Source: Bacteroidia bacterium
GTDB lineage: Bacteria; Bacteroidota; Bacteroidia; Bacteroidales; VadinHA17
Direction of reading: 5' to 3'
DNA length: 25,369 nucleotides
NCBI GenBank assembly: GCA_026391215.1
Contig: JAPLDX010000033.1
Location: 1 to 25,369, forward strand
Part shown: positions 9,584-18,300 of the stretch, one piece after another
Layout of the letters: each line of letters starts with the position of its first letter
How positions within the stretch are numbered: position 1 is the stretch's first letter
Notes under the pieces: generated by a model
Told to the model about the DNA's origin: nothing
The model's database searches: none
The model's input: only the letters and a program-made list of their open reading frames with translations
Made by a program: the position numbers and the translations under genes

Positions 9584-10561
9584 GTGAAACGATTTATATA
9601 CATACTGATATTCATGATGGCCGGCAGCATGGCTTATAGTCAGCAGCTCCCTGTATATAGTCAGTACCTGTACAACAAGTTTCTTATTAACCCCGCTGTA
9701 GCAGGGAGCGATGGTTATACCAGCATCAATCTCACAGCAAGGGAACAGTGGGTAGGTTATTACGGAGCGCCCCGCACCTATTCATTCAGCTTTCAGACCA
9801 GGATGCTGAAACGAAGCTATATCTTAAAGCGGACCATCGTAAAGCGGCAGGTTTACCGGCCGAAAAAAGATGGGAAAGTTGGTTTGGGAGGTTATGTTTT
9901 CAGCGATAAGAACGGAATAATCCACAGAACAGGTTTCCAGGTTTCTTACTCGTACCATATGTGGCTGCATCAGTCTACGCAACTTTCGATGGGACTGGCT
10001 TTTACAGGATATCACTATAAAATCGATGAAAGGGAAATAAACTTTGAAGATCCCAATGAGCCATTGTTGTACAGTAATTTGCGCCGCGGGATGTTTGTCT
10101 CTGATGCTTCTTTCGGCGTCTATCTTCTGAATGCAAAGTACAGTGTAGGATTTTCTGCTGAACAGTTATTCGAAGCAGCTGCAAAGATCAGTAATGGTGC
10201 TTATAAAAATATTAAAGTTGAAAGACAGTATTATCTGTTCGGAAATTACACTTTTGCTTTAAATACTTACACAGAGCTTGAACCGTCGGTTCTATTTATG
10301 ATGTCGGAACAGCTTAAACCCCAGGCAGATATCGGATTAACATATATTTACAACCAGGCATTCCAGGCAGGACTGGCTTACAGAACCAGCGGAGCTTTGA
10401 TAGCAACAACAGGTTTTAAGTATTTAAATCTCTGGTTTGGCTATTCTTTCGATTTTACCCTCTCGGAAATACAGCGCGTTACTTACGGGACTCACGAAAT
10501 TACGGTAGCCCTGAAATTCGGAGACAAAGCCCGCAAATACCGTTGGCTGGATCGGTACTAA
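9584..10561 (+). CDS. Type IX secretion system membrane protein, PorP/SprF family
   Basis: QQLPVYSQYLYNKFLINPAVAG...AREQWVG...GAPRT N-terminus and FGYSFDFTLSEI...GTHEI C-terminus; lies directly after a type-B CTD gene. Confidence 0.93.
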   Translation: MKRFIYILIFMMAGSMAYSQQLPVYSQYLYNKFLINPAVAGSDGYTSINLTAREQWVGYYGAPRTYSFSFQTRMLKRSYILKRTIVKRQVYRPKKDGKVGLGGYVFSDKNGIIHRTGFQVSYSYHMWLHQSTQLSMGLAFTGYHYKIDEREINFEDPNEPLLYSNLRRGMFVSDASFGVYLLNAKYSVGFSAEQLFEAAAKISNGAYKNIKVERQYYLFGNYTFALNTYTELEPSVLFMMSEQLKPQADIGLTYIYNQAFQAGLAYRTSGALIATTGFKYLNLWFGYSFDFTLSEIQRVTYGTHEITVALKFGDKARKYRWLDRY

Positions 10562-10566
10562 AAGAC

Positions 10567-10652
10567 CACATGTACCCACCCCCCAAGCCCCCCCTCCTTG
10601 GATCACATGTACCCACCCCCCCCAGCCCCCTCCCTGCTTCGCAAGGAGGGGG
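10567..10652. repeat. Left REP-like repeats: truncated unit 10567-10600 plus full unit 10604-10652 with hairpin CCCCCTCCCTGC-TTC-GCAAGGAGGGGG
   Basis: Both units begin CACATGTACCCACCCCCC. The stem is read directly and has one mismatch. Confidence 0.9.
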
Positions 10653-10680
10653 AGCTAATATGTTAAATAATAATAGTTGC

Positions 10681-10688
10681 TACCTTTG
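10681..10688 (+). promoter_or_regulatory. Bacteroidota sigma-70 -7 box (TACCTTTG) for the DUF559 gene
   Basis: Perfect TAnnTTTG match ending 23 nt before ATG 10712. No clear -33 TTTG. Confidence 0.6.
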
Positions 10689-10711
10689 ATCAGGTAGTGG
10701 AAGTTAATAGG

Positions 10712-11101
10712 ATGTCAAAATTTCAGAAGTTTGATTTCAGAGGAATAAAGAAGCAGGCTCAGGAATTGAGAAACAATATGACTGAGTCTGAAAAACTTTT
10801 ATGAAGGGAAATAAGAGGGAAGAAACTTTCAGGATTCAGGTTTTTAAGGCAACATCCCATATTATATAAGGGTAATCTGATAAGAAATAATTATTTCATA
10901 GCTGATTTCTACTGTGACGAAAAGAAAGCAGTAATAGAAATTGATGGCCCGATCCATGAAGGATCAGAAGAATATGACGATTACAGAGATTCTGAATTGA
11001 AAGAACTGGGAATGCATATTCTGAGAATTAAGAATGAAGAGCTTAAAAATATGCAGGAAGTACTCATCAGGATAAATACATTCCTCACCCAAATAAACTA
11101 A
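10712..11101 (+). pseudogene. DUF559 / Vsr-like endonuclease domain protein with in-frame TGA at codon 31
   Basis: Manual translation: MSKFQKFDFRGIKKQAQELRNNMTESEKLL*REIRGKKLSGFRFLRQHPILYKGNLIRNNYFIADFYCDEKKAVIEIDGPIHEGSEEYDDYRDSELKELGMHILRIKNEELKNMQEVLIRINTFLTQIN. It matches the DUF559 motifs LRxxxTxxExxLW, FxRQ, ADFYC, IExDGxxH and RD..L..G..ILR.xN. The TGA (10802-10804) replaces the conserved Trp. Confidence 0.88.
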
Positions 11102-11128
11102 TAATCAGCAACATACACAAAGTCATTT

Positions 11129-11177
11129 CCCCCTCCTTGCGAAGCAGGGAGGGGGATCAAGGGGGAGGGTACGTGTG
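11129..11177. repeat. Right REP-like repeat, inverted relative to 10604-10652
   Basis: CCCCCTCCTTGCGAAGCAGGGAGGGGG is the exact reverse complement of the left hairpin. It is followed by ATCAAGGGGGAGGGTACGTGTG. Confidence 0.9.
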
Positions 11178-11199
11178 ATAAAAGCCAGGAGAGGAGGGA

Positions 11200-12102
11200 T
11201 TAATGTGCTGACGGGATGGCACGTAGTATATATATCACCGAACTACTTCCTTTCTTTCGAAGCATTGACCTGAATGCGAACCAACATCCTTTTACCATTC
11301 CCGAAATGAACGGCATGTTTGTCCCCAAGTGTCTTTCACTCAGGATTGAAATGTAAAAAACATCTGCAGGCAGGCTTTTAATGCCAATAATCTCAAAACC
11401 ATTCTTTTCAGCAAGGGTCCTGAAAGTATCAGGTGAAAAATGCCATAAGTGCCTTGGTACATCCCAGGCTGCCCAAAACTGCCTGTAGTGTTGTGCATCA
11501 AAAGAACTGCAGTTAGGCATGGCTGCAATACATATTCCTCCCGGCTTAAGCAACCGCTTGATCAAAACCATATACTTCACTGGATCATGGAAATGCTCAA
11601 ATACATGCCACAATGTTATGCAGTCAAAGTGATTATCCTCAATTTTTTCAAGATCATTATCTTCCAGTACTTCAAGGTTGAATTTTGATGATGCAAATTT
11701 TCCGGCTCCTTCATTTTTTTCAAGTCCTGTAACTTTCCAGCCGGCTTGTTTCATAAGTCCGGCAAAATATCCGGTGCCGCATCCCATATCAAGAAGTGTC
11801 CCAGTTTTCAGTCCTGTAGAATGACTGATAATGTATTTTTTGCGGGAAAGCATCACCCTGCGAACAAAATGATAAAGGAAATTTGTCAATCCTCTTTTTG
11901 TATCACTATGAGAAATATAGTCGCCGGCAGCATAATATTTCCCGATCTCATCTTCAGAAGGTGGATTGGCGGTAAACAGAAAGCTGCAGCTTTTACAGGT
12001 GTAAATATCAAAATTATCTCCCCCGGTCAGATGATCTTTGCAATCCAGGTTGAATTCAATATTGTTACTGCCGCAGACGAGACACTTATTCTCCAGTGCC
12101 AT
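11200..12102 (-). CDS. Class I SAM-dependent methyltransferase with N-terminal CxxC...CxxC motif
   Basis: LLDMGCGTGYF motif I, FDCITLWHVFEH, LLKPGG, DVPRHLWHFS; CLVC...CKSC. Confidence 0.9.
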   Translation of the reverse strand: MALENKCLVCGSNNIEFNLDCKDHLTGGDNFDIYTCKSCSFLFTANPPSEDEIGKYYAAGDYISHSDTKRGLTNFLYHFVRRVMLSRKKYIISHSTGLKTGTLLDMGCGTGYFAGLMKQAGWKVTGLEKNEGAGKFASSKFNLEVLEDNDLEKIEDNHFDCITLWHVFEHFHDPVKYMVLIKRLLKPGGICIAAMPNCSSFDAQHYRQFWAAWDVPRHLWHFSPDTFRTLAEKNGFEIIGIKSLPADVFYISILSERHLGTNMPFISGMVKGCWFAFRSMLRKKGSSSVIYILRAIPSAH

Positions 12103-14599
12103 CGGATTCGATTGTTGTTATTTTCTTCCTCACAACCATGAATAATGAACCTGCACACAGAAGGATCAGTAATAATGAGCTCGCAAATGATATCCTTGTT
12201 CCGGTGCGGTAGGATTCCGGTTCGAACCTGAAGATAACCTCATGATCTCCTGCCGGTACTTCCAGTCCTCTTAATACATAATCTGCCTTGAAATGAGGCA
12301 CTTCTTTTCCGTCAATATATGATTTCCAGCCCGCAGGATAATAAATCTCAGAAAAGACTGCCAGGGCATCAGAAGCAGAACTGTAACTGTATTTCAGTTC
12401 ATTCGGCTTGTATGAAGTGAGTGTAATCCTGGCTGAAGGATCAGACTGATAGTTCTCTTTTGAAAGATACTCCTTGAAACGTTTATCAATTAATGCTTCC
12501 TGTGAAGGATTGAAGCTGCTTAATAAGCTTATCTCCTCATCAGCATTTTCTGCAAATCTTACTGTCCCGACAAACCAGGCATTTCCAAGAGCGTTCCTGT
12601 TGGTAAACGGTATTGCGTCAGGATGAACAATTATATACTTTGTATTGAGCATGTTAAGTGAATTTGCATTTGACATGCTGGCTTCCAGCGTTGCCGGCAG
12701 CTTTTCCGGATCAGTATTATTCTGGTAAGCGGATATAAAATTATTTATCTCTCCGGTAAGGCTGTATTCAATTAATTCACTGTAGATCTGAAGTTTGGCG
12801 CCATGATACCCTCCAATGGATTTATGATAGTTTGAGGTTGAGGCATCATTGAATGGTGAAACAGTCAGGTTCAGGACTCTGTATTCAGGAGATTTATCCT
12901 GGAGTATGGCCTTATCCGCAGCTGTCATCGGGTAGGGTTCTGTTTTTGATGTGATTCTTTCGAAATTATCATTGTTCAGGAATCTTTTGCTGACCGGCCA
13001 CATATCAGCCAGGAAAAGCACTGCAAGAATCCCGGCAGCAAGCTTCATCCCGATCTTCTTATTATAATATGTAAACAGGAGAATAGCAGCCAGGACGATG
13101 AAGATCAGGGATCTGAAAGCATCATCCTGAAGCATCTTCTGACGATCAAATGTCAATGCAGATTCTAATGTGGATTGTATATCGGGGGTGATCCTTAACT
13201 GTGTAAAAATATCATTATCGACAGGAGAGATAAAACTACCTCCGATACGCGGCAGGACAGTAAATAGCAGACACACTGCTCCCGTTATCCCCGCGGACCA
13301 GATCAGGGATCTGTTGAATTTCTTTTTTTCAATTGTATTCTGAAAAACATTTCTAAGGGCGAGCGCCGCCATTAATGGTATTGTAAAACCTGAAATTACA
13401 AGAATAGTCGATACTGCCCGGAATTTATTGTAACCGGGGAAATAATCCAGGAAGAGATCAGTAAGCGGCATGAAATTCCTTCCCCATGAAAGAAGGATAG
13501 ATAATACTGTTGCTGCCAGGAGCCACCATTTTTCACGGCCTTCAACAAGAAAAAGCCCTAATACGAACAGGAATATCACAATGGCCCCTGCATAAACTGA
13601 GGATGTGCTTGGCTGATCACCGCGGTATTTGCTGAAAACAGAGGCTAATTGAGTTGCGTTATATTTCTGGAGTGTTTTGTAAGTATCTGTTTCACGGTCA
13701 AAATGGATACCGCTGCCTCCTCCCATAAAACCCGGAATAAGCAGGGTCAGGGTCTCATTGATGCCTATGCTCCATCCTGTGGCATAAGCCTTGTCAAGTC
13801 CTAAGGTGTTTTCATCCTTGCTCAGATTCGACCCGCCTCTTGTCGTATATTTTGTATATTCCTTCGTCGTATTAAGAAGCGTGAAATTGGTGCCGGCAGC
13901 AAGTATTACTGCAATTATCAAAACACCAAGCGACTTCATGAGATCAGGTATCTTTCGGTCTTTTATTGCAAAAACCAGTTCGGAAATGCCATATATAATT
14001 ACTATTATAAGAGCATAATAAGTTACCTGCAGATGATTGGATATCAGCTCAAACGCAAGACAGATGCCTGCAAGCGCTGCTCCCGCCAGCCTGTTCTTTC
14101 TCATTGCCAGGATGATCCCTGCCAGCATCGGGGCAACATAGGCAATGGCATAAGCTTTTGTGTAATGTCCCGCTGCAACAATTATGAAATTATATGAGCA
14201 GAATGCAAATGCAATTGATCCGGGGATGGCAAGCCATGGATTTACACCATAAACGATCAGCAGGATATAAAAGCCCAGGAGAGCGAGAAACAGGGCAGCA
14301 ACAGGAACCCTGAAGCTCTGGAGGAAATACATTATCGGCCTCACCAGGTTACCTTTATATTTAACCGAGATCTGGTATGCAGGCATACCCCCGAACATTG
14401 AATTGGTCCATAAAGGCTCTTCCTTATATTTTTCGCGGTATTCAATGATCTCTCTGGCTGATGCCCTGTATACATTGTTATCATTGGTTACCAGCCTTTT
14501 ACCTTCCAGAACAGGTGAATAATATATGTATGAGATTGCAGTAAAAACAAGAACAGCAATGATATGGACCAGGTATCCCGACAGTTTTATTTTCTTCAT
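12086..14599 (-). CDS. YfhO family multi-pass membrane protein (GT-C-like)
   Basis: PLWTNSMFGGMPAYQI, NHLQVTYY, HKSIGGYHGAKL, AVFSEIYYPAGWKSYIDG...ADYVLRGLEVPAGDHEVIFRFEP; many TM segments. ATG 14599 is preferred over TTG 14638, which overlaps the -7 box. Confidence 0.88.
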   Translation of the reverse strand: MKKIKLSGYLVHIIAVLVFTAISYIYYSPVLEGKRLVTNDNNVYRASAREIIEYREKYKEEPLWTNSMFGGMPAYQISVKYKGNLVRPIMYFLQSFRVPVAALFLALLGFYILLIVYGVNPWLAIPGSIAFAFCSYNFIIVAAGHYTKAYAIAYVAPMLAGIILAMRKNRLAGAALAGICLAFELISNHLQVTYYALIIVIIYGISELVFAIKDRKIPDLMKSLGVLIIAVILAAGTNFTLLNTTKEYTKYTTRGGSNLSKDENTLGLDKAYATGWSIGINETLTLLIPGFMGGGSGIHFDRETDTYKTLQKYNATQLASVFSKYRGDQPSTSSVYAGAIVIFLFVLGLFLVEGREKWWLLAATVLSILLSWGRNFMPLTDLFLDYFPGYNKFRAVSTILVISGFTIPLMAALALRNVFQNTIEKKKFNRSLIWSAGITGAVCLLFTVLPRIGGSFISPVDNDIFTQLRITPDIQSTLESALTFDRQKMLQDDAFRSLIFIVLAAILLFTYYNKKIGMKLAAGILAVLFLADMWPVSKRFLNNDNFERITSKTEPYPMTAADKAILQDKSPEYRVLNLTVSPFNDASTSNYHKSIGGYHGAKLQIYSELIEYSLTGEINNFISAYQNNTDPEKLPATLEASMSNANSLNMLNTKYIIVHPDAIPFTNRNALGNAWFVGTVRFAENADEEISLLSSFNPSQEALIDKRFKEYLSKENYQSDPSARITLTSYKPNELKYSYSSASDALAVFSEIYYPAGWKSYIDGKEVPHFKADYVLRGLEVPAGDHEVIFRFEPESYRTGTRISFASSLLLILLCAGSLFMVVRKKITTIESDGTGE

Positions 14600-14635
14600 T
14601 CTATGGTTATAAATACTACTGAAAAAAAGATAAAA

Positions 14636-14653
14636 CAAAAATAGTTATTTTTG
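14636..14653. promoter_or_regulatory. Back-to-back divergent -7 boxes (CAAAAATA-GT-TATTTTTG)
   Basis: TATTTTTG matches TAnnTTTG on both strands (14646-14653 +; 14636-14643 -), between divergent genes. Confidence 0.7.
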
Positions 14654-14675
14654 CATACGTTAACTGCCCGGGAAA

Positions 14676-15605
14676 ATGAAAAAAATCGCCGTTACAGCTC
14701 CATATTTGCAGATCGAGTGGGATCAATATAAAGATCAGCTTGCCGGTTTTGATGTGATAGTCCCGAAGGTAGCTGAGAGATTCGAGGAAGACGAAATGAT
14801 AAAGATACTCTCTGAAGGTGTTGAAGGAATTATATGCGGCGACGACAGAATAACAAAAAGAGTCATTGATTCGGCGCCCGGGCTTAAGCTGATTGTAAAA
14901 TGGGGTACAGGCATTGATTCAATTGATAAAGCTTACGCTGAATCAAAGGGGATCAAAGTCCTTAATACTCCAAATGCATTTACTATACCTGTTTCAGAAA
15001 GCACCATCGGTCTTATGCTTGCCATCCTCCGGAGAATTGAGGAAAACAACAGGCTGATGCACAACGGGCAATGGTTCAAGCCAAAAGGATATACGCTTAA
15101 TGAGCTTACGATAGGTATTATCGGATATGGCAATATCGGATCAGAAGTTGCCAGAAAATTATCGGTGTTCTGTGATAATGTATTATGGCATGATATCAAA
15201 AGTGATGAAGAGCTTCGAAAGCTGAACAGAAAATTCTATGGAAAGAGGGTGGACCTGAAAACATTGCTTGTTCTTTCTGATGTGATTACCGTGCACTGCG
15301 ATCTTAACATTACGAGCCATCACCTTGTAGATAGCTCACTTATCAACGGAATGAAAGACGGGGTCATAATACTAAATACAGCACGGGGGCCTATTGTTAA
15401 AGAAGATGATCTTACTAACGCCCTGGTGAACAAAAAGGTAAGTTATGTTGGTCTTGATGTCTATGAAAAAGAACCTCTCCCGTCCGGCTCAATGCTGAGA
15501 AAAATGGATAACTGCGTCCTTCTCAGCCATAATACAAATTCAAGCCACATTGCGTGGAAAAATGTACATTTGAATTCAATATTGATGCTTAAATCAAATA
15601 TTTAA
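14676..15605 (+). CDS. D-isomer-specific 2-hydroxyacid dehydrogenase (phosphoglycerate dehydrogenase-like, no ACT domain)
   Basis: WGTGIDSID, IGIIGYGNIG, LNTARG, LDVYEKEP, LLSHN (Arg/Glu/His catalytic residues). Confidence 0.9.
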   Translation: MKKIAVTAPYLQIEWDQYKDQLAGFDVIVPKVAERFEEDEMIKILSEGVEGIICGDDRITKRVIDSAPGLKLIVKWGTGIDSIDKAYAESKGIKVLNTPNAFTIPVSESTIGLMLAILRRIEENNRLMHNGQWFKPKGYTLNELTIGIIGYGNIGSEVARKLSVFCDNVLWHDIKSDEELRKLNRKFYGKRVDLKTLLVLSDVITVHCDLNITSHHLVDSSLINGMKDGVIILNTARGPIVKEDDLTNALVNKKVSYVGLDVYEKEPLPSGSMLRKMDNCVLLSHNTNSSHIAWKNVHLNSILMLKSNI

Positions 15606-15606
15606 A

Positions 15607-16338
15607 ATGTTCTATATGAAAAAGAAAGTTATTTTGATTACCGGATGCCTTGGAGGAATAGGAAGCGCCATGGTTGATTTCTTTAAGGAAGAAGGATGGT
15701 TTGTCATCGGAACTGACAAAAGAGAATCATTTTCCAACGCAGATATTAAGATTACAACAGATCTGAGCGAAGTTGAAAACGCTGTCAAAACAATAGAAAC
15801 GACTGTAAAAAAAGCAGGATTGACCAAAATAGACGCTCTGATAAATAATGCCGCTGTCCAGATAAAGAAGAAATTCACTGATTTTACCTATGACGACTGG
15901 CTTGAAAGTGTCAATGTAAATATTATCGCAGGCTGTCTGCTTGTACAGAAACTGCAAAAATACCTTAAGGGGGGAAGTGTGGTATTTATCGGAAGCATCC
16001 ATGCCAAGCAGAGCAAGAAGGAATTTACCATCTATGCCACAACAAAAGGTGCCATCAGAACACTCACCCAGAGTCTGTCGCTTGAACTTGCCCCCGATAT
16101 CATGGTAAACTGCGTTGCTCCCGCAGCTATTGACACGCCCATGCTGAAAGCAGGACTGACAAAAGCTGAATATGAACAGCTGAAAAAATACCATCCGGCT
16201 GATATGATAGGAAGTCCGAAGGAATTATCAAAGCTTATTCTGACACTATGCGAAAGAAACGTCTTCCTTACGGGAGCATATATAGAATATGACGGTGGGA
16301 TATCCAAGCTTCTTCACGATCCCGGAAGCAATCAGTAA
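15607..16338 (+). CDS. SDR family oxidoreductase
   Basis: TGCLGGIG, INNAA, YATTK, VNCVAP. The start may be ATG 15616. Confidence 0.92.
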   Translation: MFYMKKKVILITGCLGGIGSAMVDFFKEEGWFVIGTDKRESFSNADIKITTDLSEVENAVKTIETTVKKAGLTKIDALINNAAVQIKKKFTDFTYDDWLESVNVNIIAGCLLVQKLQKYLKGGSVVFIGSIHAKQSKKEFTIYATTKGAIRTLTQSLSLELAPDIMVNCVAPAAIDTPMLKAGLTKAEYEQLKKYHPADMIGSPKELSKLILTLCERNVFLTGAYIEYDGGISKLLHDPGSNQ

Positions 16339-16349
16339 AAATATTAATT

Positions 16350-17036
16350 ATGAAGGTTGTCTGTTTCCTGCCATGCCGGGCAGGCAGTGAAAGAGTGAAG
16401 AACAAAAATACCAGGCAGTTTGCAGGTGTTGAAGGAGGATTATTAGAAATCAAACTCGATCAGCTTTGCAGGTGCAACATTATTGATAAAATAGTGCTGA
16501 GCACTGACGATCAGAAGGTTATAGATATTTCAAAACAATTTGGAAGCAGGATAAGGATTGATAACCGGCCTCCTGAACTGGCTTCATCCGATGCCAGCAC
16601 TGATGATCTGATAAGGTATACCGGCAAAATTATCAGCGATCCCCATATCCTGTGGACACATGTAACATCACCATTTACCGGTGAAGAAGTTTATAACAGG
16701 GCTATTAATGATTACTTTAAGTTTATAAAGACCGGCAAATATGATTCACTGATGTCCGTAACTCCGATCAGAGTGCATGTCTGGAACAAAAAGGGAGAGC
16801 CCGTAAATTACAAAAGGGGGGAAGTCAGATGGCCAAGATCACAGCAGGTCGATCCTATGTTTGAGGTGAACAGCGCAATATTCATAAACAGCAGGGAAAA
16901 CTATATCAGGCTTGAGGACCGTATCGGGCTTCATCCTTTTTTATTTGAAATGGACAGGACAGAATCCATCGATATTGATTATGAAGATGATTTCCTGCTG
17001 GCAGAATCAATTTACAGGTTTAAACAATTCCGGTAA
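16350..17036 (+). CDS. Acylneuraminate cytidylyltransferase family protein (NeuA-like CMP-ulosonate synthetase)
   Basis: LPCRAGSERVKNKN, VLSTDD, RPPELASSDAS, HVTSPF, SIDIDYEDDF. Confidence 0.88.
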   Translation: MKVVCFLPCRAGSERVKNKNTRQFAGVEGGLLEIKLDQLCRCNIIDKIVLSTDDQKVIDISKQFGSRIRIDNRPPELASSDASTDDLIRYTGKIISDPHILWTHVTSPFTGEEVYNRAINDYFKFIKTGKYDSLMSVTPIRVHVWNKKGEPVNYKRGEVRWPRSQQVDPMFEVNSAIFINSRENYIRLEDRIGLHPFLFEMDRTESIDIDYEDDFLLAESIYRFKQFR

Positions 17037-18299
17037 AACCTTTCTGAACTTTTGAACAATACTTATAAGGAAGGGCCGGTAAAAAATCAGATGCAGAAGA
17101 TCTGAAAAGCTGAATTTTACATTGCTGAAATTATTTTCCGAAAGCAGATAGTTTATTGTGGAAACGGGTTTTGTCTCAGCCGGAAGACAATGCTCATTAA
17201 GGTATGATTCAAGATCGTTTCCTGATATATCCTTTTTGTACAGCATAGCAGAATATTCTTTCAGGCTGTTTTTCTCCCTGGCGATCATCAAAAACTTCTG
17301 GTCAAAATCAAAATCATAATGCATGCTTTCATTATGAGGATTGTAATAGACCACAGGCACTCCCCGGATAAGGCTTTCATGGATCAGGCTGCTGAAGCGG
17401 GTAATCAGTAAGCCTGCCTTCCCAAGCTGTTCATCCAATCCTGTACTCGATGATTTTATCACATTTTTATATTTGGCCAGATCTCCGTTATCTCTCGGGT
17501 GCTGTGAAATAAGATAATTGATCCCTGCCTCATCCAGTGCAGAGGTTACGTCATCAAGCCATCCTGTACGGATCTCTTCAAGAATATTATATGTGAAATT
17601 GCAGTTTATTAGTGCATATTCAGCGGTCCTGTTGGTACTTACGAAATGTGAATATCTCGGATTGCCTGTCAGGAAGAAATGGTTTCGGGGTAATATTGCA
17701 GCTGATCTTACCCCCTGGATCATCACCTCATCAGCGTGCTGCATCCTCCTGAAAGAATCCCCGAAATCAATTATCGATTCCTGTATGCAAACAACAGGTA
17801 TTCCTAGTAAATGGCAGTGTGCGATTATTCTTATTGCTGCCTTTGTCCAGTCATTATATAGCACCAGGACATCCGGTTGTGATCCTTTAAGATGCCGGTA
17901 AGAATATCTGTGATAAGGAATATTCTTTTGTGCAAAGAAATGATCTGCATTTTCTGCCTTTCCTGCCGGGACGTAATTAATATACTTAAAGTCAGGATTT
18001 TCAGAGGTCAGGCAATATGTATTATTCGCGAGAGTATCACTCTGGGAATAAAAGGCAATAAGCCTTTCTTTCCTTCCGGGAGATAGTTTCACGGGATTAA
18101 AAAAGCTTTTTTTCGGATCTGTATCACCTCTAAAATATTTTTTGAAAACAACTTCTATTTGCAGTGTGATATCCGGATCATAATTCTTCCTGAGAAACTC
18201 TGCAGTGTGCACAATATCCCATGACAACGGGCACCAGATGATCTTGTCAAATGATCCCGCTTCACTGTTGCCAAATGAATTGTAAAGGCAAATTCTCAT
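17007..18299 (-). CDS. Putative GT-B glycosyltransferase (CMP-ulosonate or CDP-polyol-phosphate transferase-like)
   Basis: LTGNPRY, SQHPRD (HP motif), ITRFSSLIHESLIRGVPVVYY. Overlaps the convergent NeuA-like gene by 30 bp. Confidence 0.55.
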   Translation of the reverse strand: MRICLYNSFGNSEAGSFDKIIWCPLSWDIVHTAEFLRKNYDPDITLQIEVVFKKYFRGDTDPKKSFFNPVKLSPGRKERLIAFYSQSDTLANNTYCLTSENPDFKYINYVPAGKAENADHFFAQKNIPYHRYSYRHLKGSQPDVLVLYNDWTKAAIRIIAHCHLLGIPVVCIQESIIDFGDSFRRMQHADEVMIQGVRSAAILPRNHFFLTGNPRYSHFVSTNRTAEYALINCNFTYNILEEIRTGWLDDVTSALDEAGINYLISQHPRDNGDLAKYKNVIKSSSTGLDEQLGKAGLLITRFSSLIHESLIRGVPVVYYNPHNESMHYDFDFDQKFLMIAREKNSLKEYSAMLYKKDISGNDLESYLNEHCLPAETKPVSTINYLLSENNFSNVKFSFSDLLHLIFYRPFLISIVQKFRKVLPELFKPVN

Positions 18300-18300
18300 C

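Larger units (their letters stand above)
10567..11186 (+). mobile_element. Putative DUF559-endonuclease element bracketed by inverted REP-like palindromes (copy 1)
   Basis: Inverted terminal repeats at 10604-10652 and 11129-11177 enclose a promoter and a DUF559 gene. 11051-11172 recurs exactly, inverted, at 25248-25369. Sits between convergent stop codons. Mobility is inferred. Confidence 0.65.

Noticed and set aside
10626-10652. Intrinsic terminator after porP/sprF
   Set aside because: The hairpin lacks a following U-tract and belongs to the repeat family, although it may still affect transcription.
10802-10804. Genome-wide TGA recoding (Trp or Gly)
   Set aside because: TGA is the natural stop of wzx (19313) and of the methyltransferase (20853), and no other gene has an internal TGA.
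10559-11184. TAAAAG (10559-10564 and 11179-11184) as a target-site duplication
   Set aside because: It is short and AT-rich, and the same motif occurs at the outer end of copy 2. It is more likely part of the terminus or a target preference, so a TSD is unproven.
14676-15605. Calling the dehydrogenase serA
   Set aside because: It has no regulatory ACT domain and its context is glycan synthesis, so the substrate is unknown.
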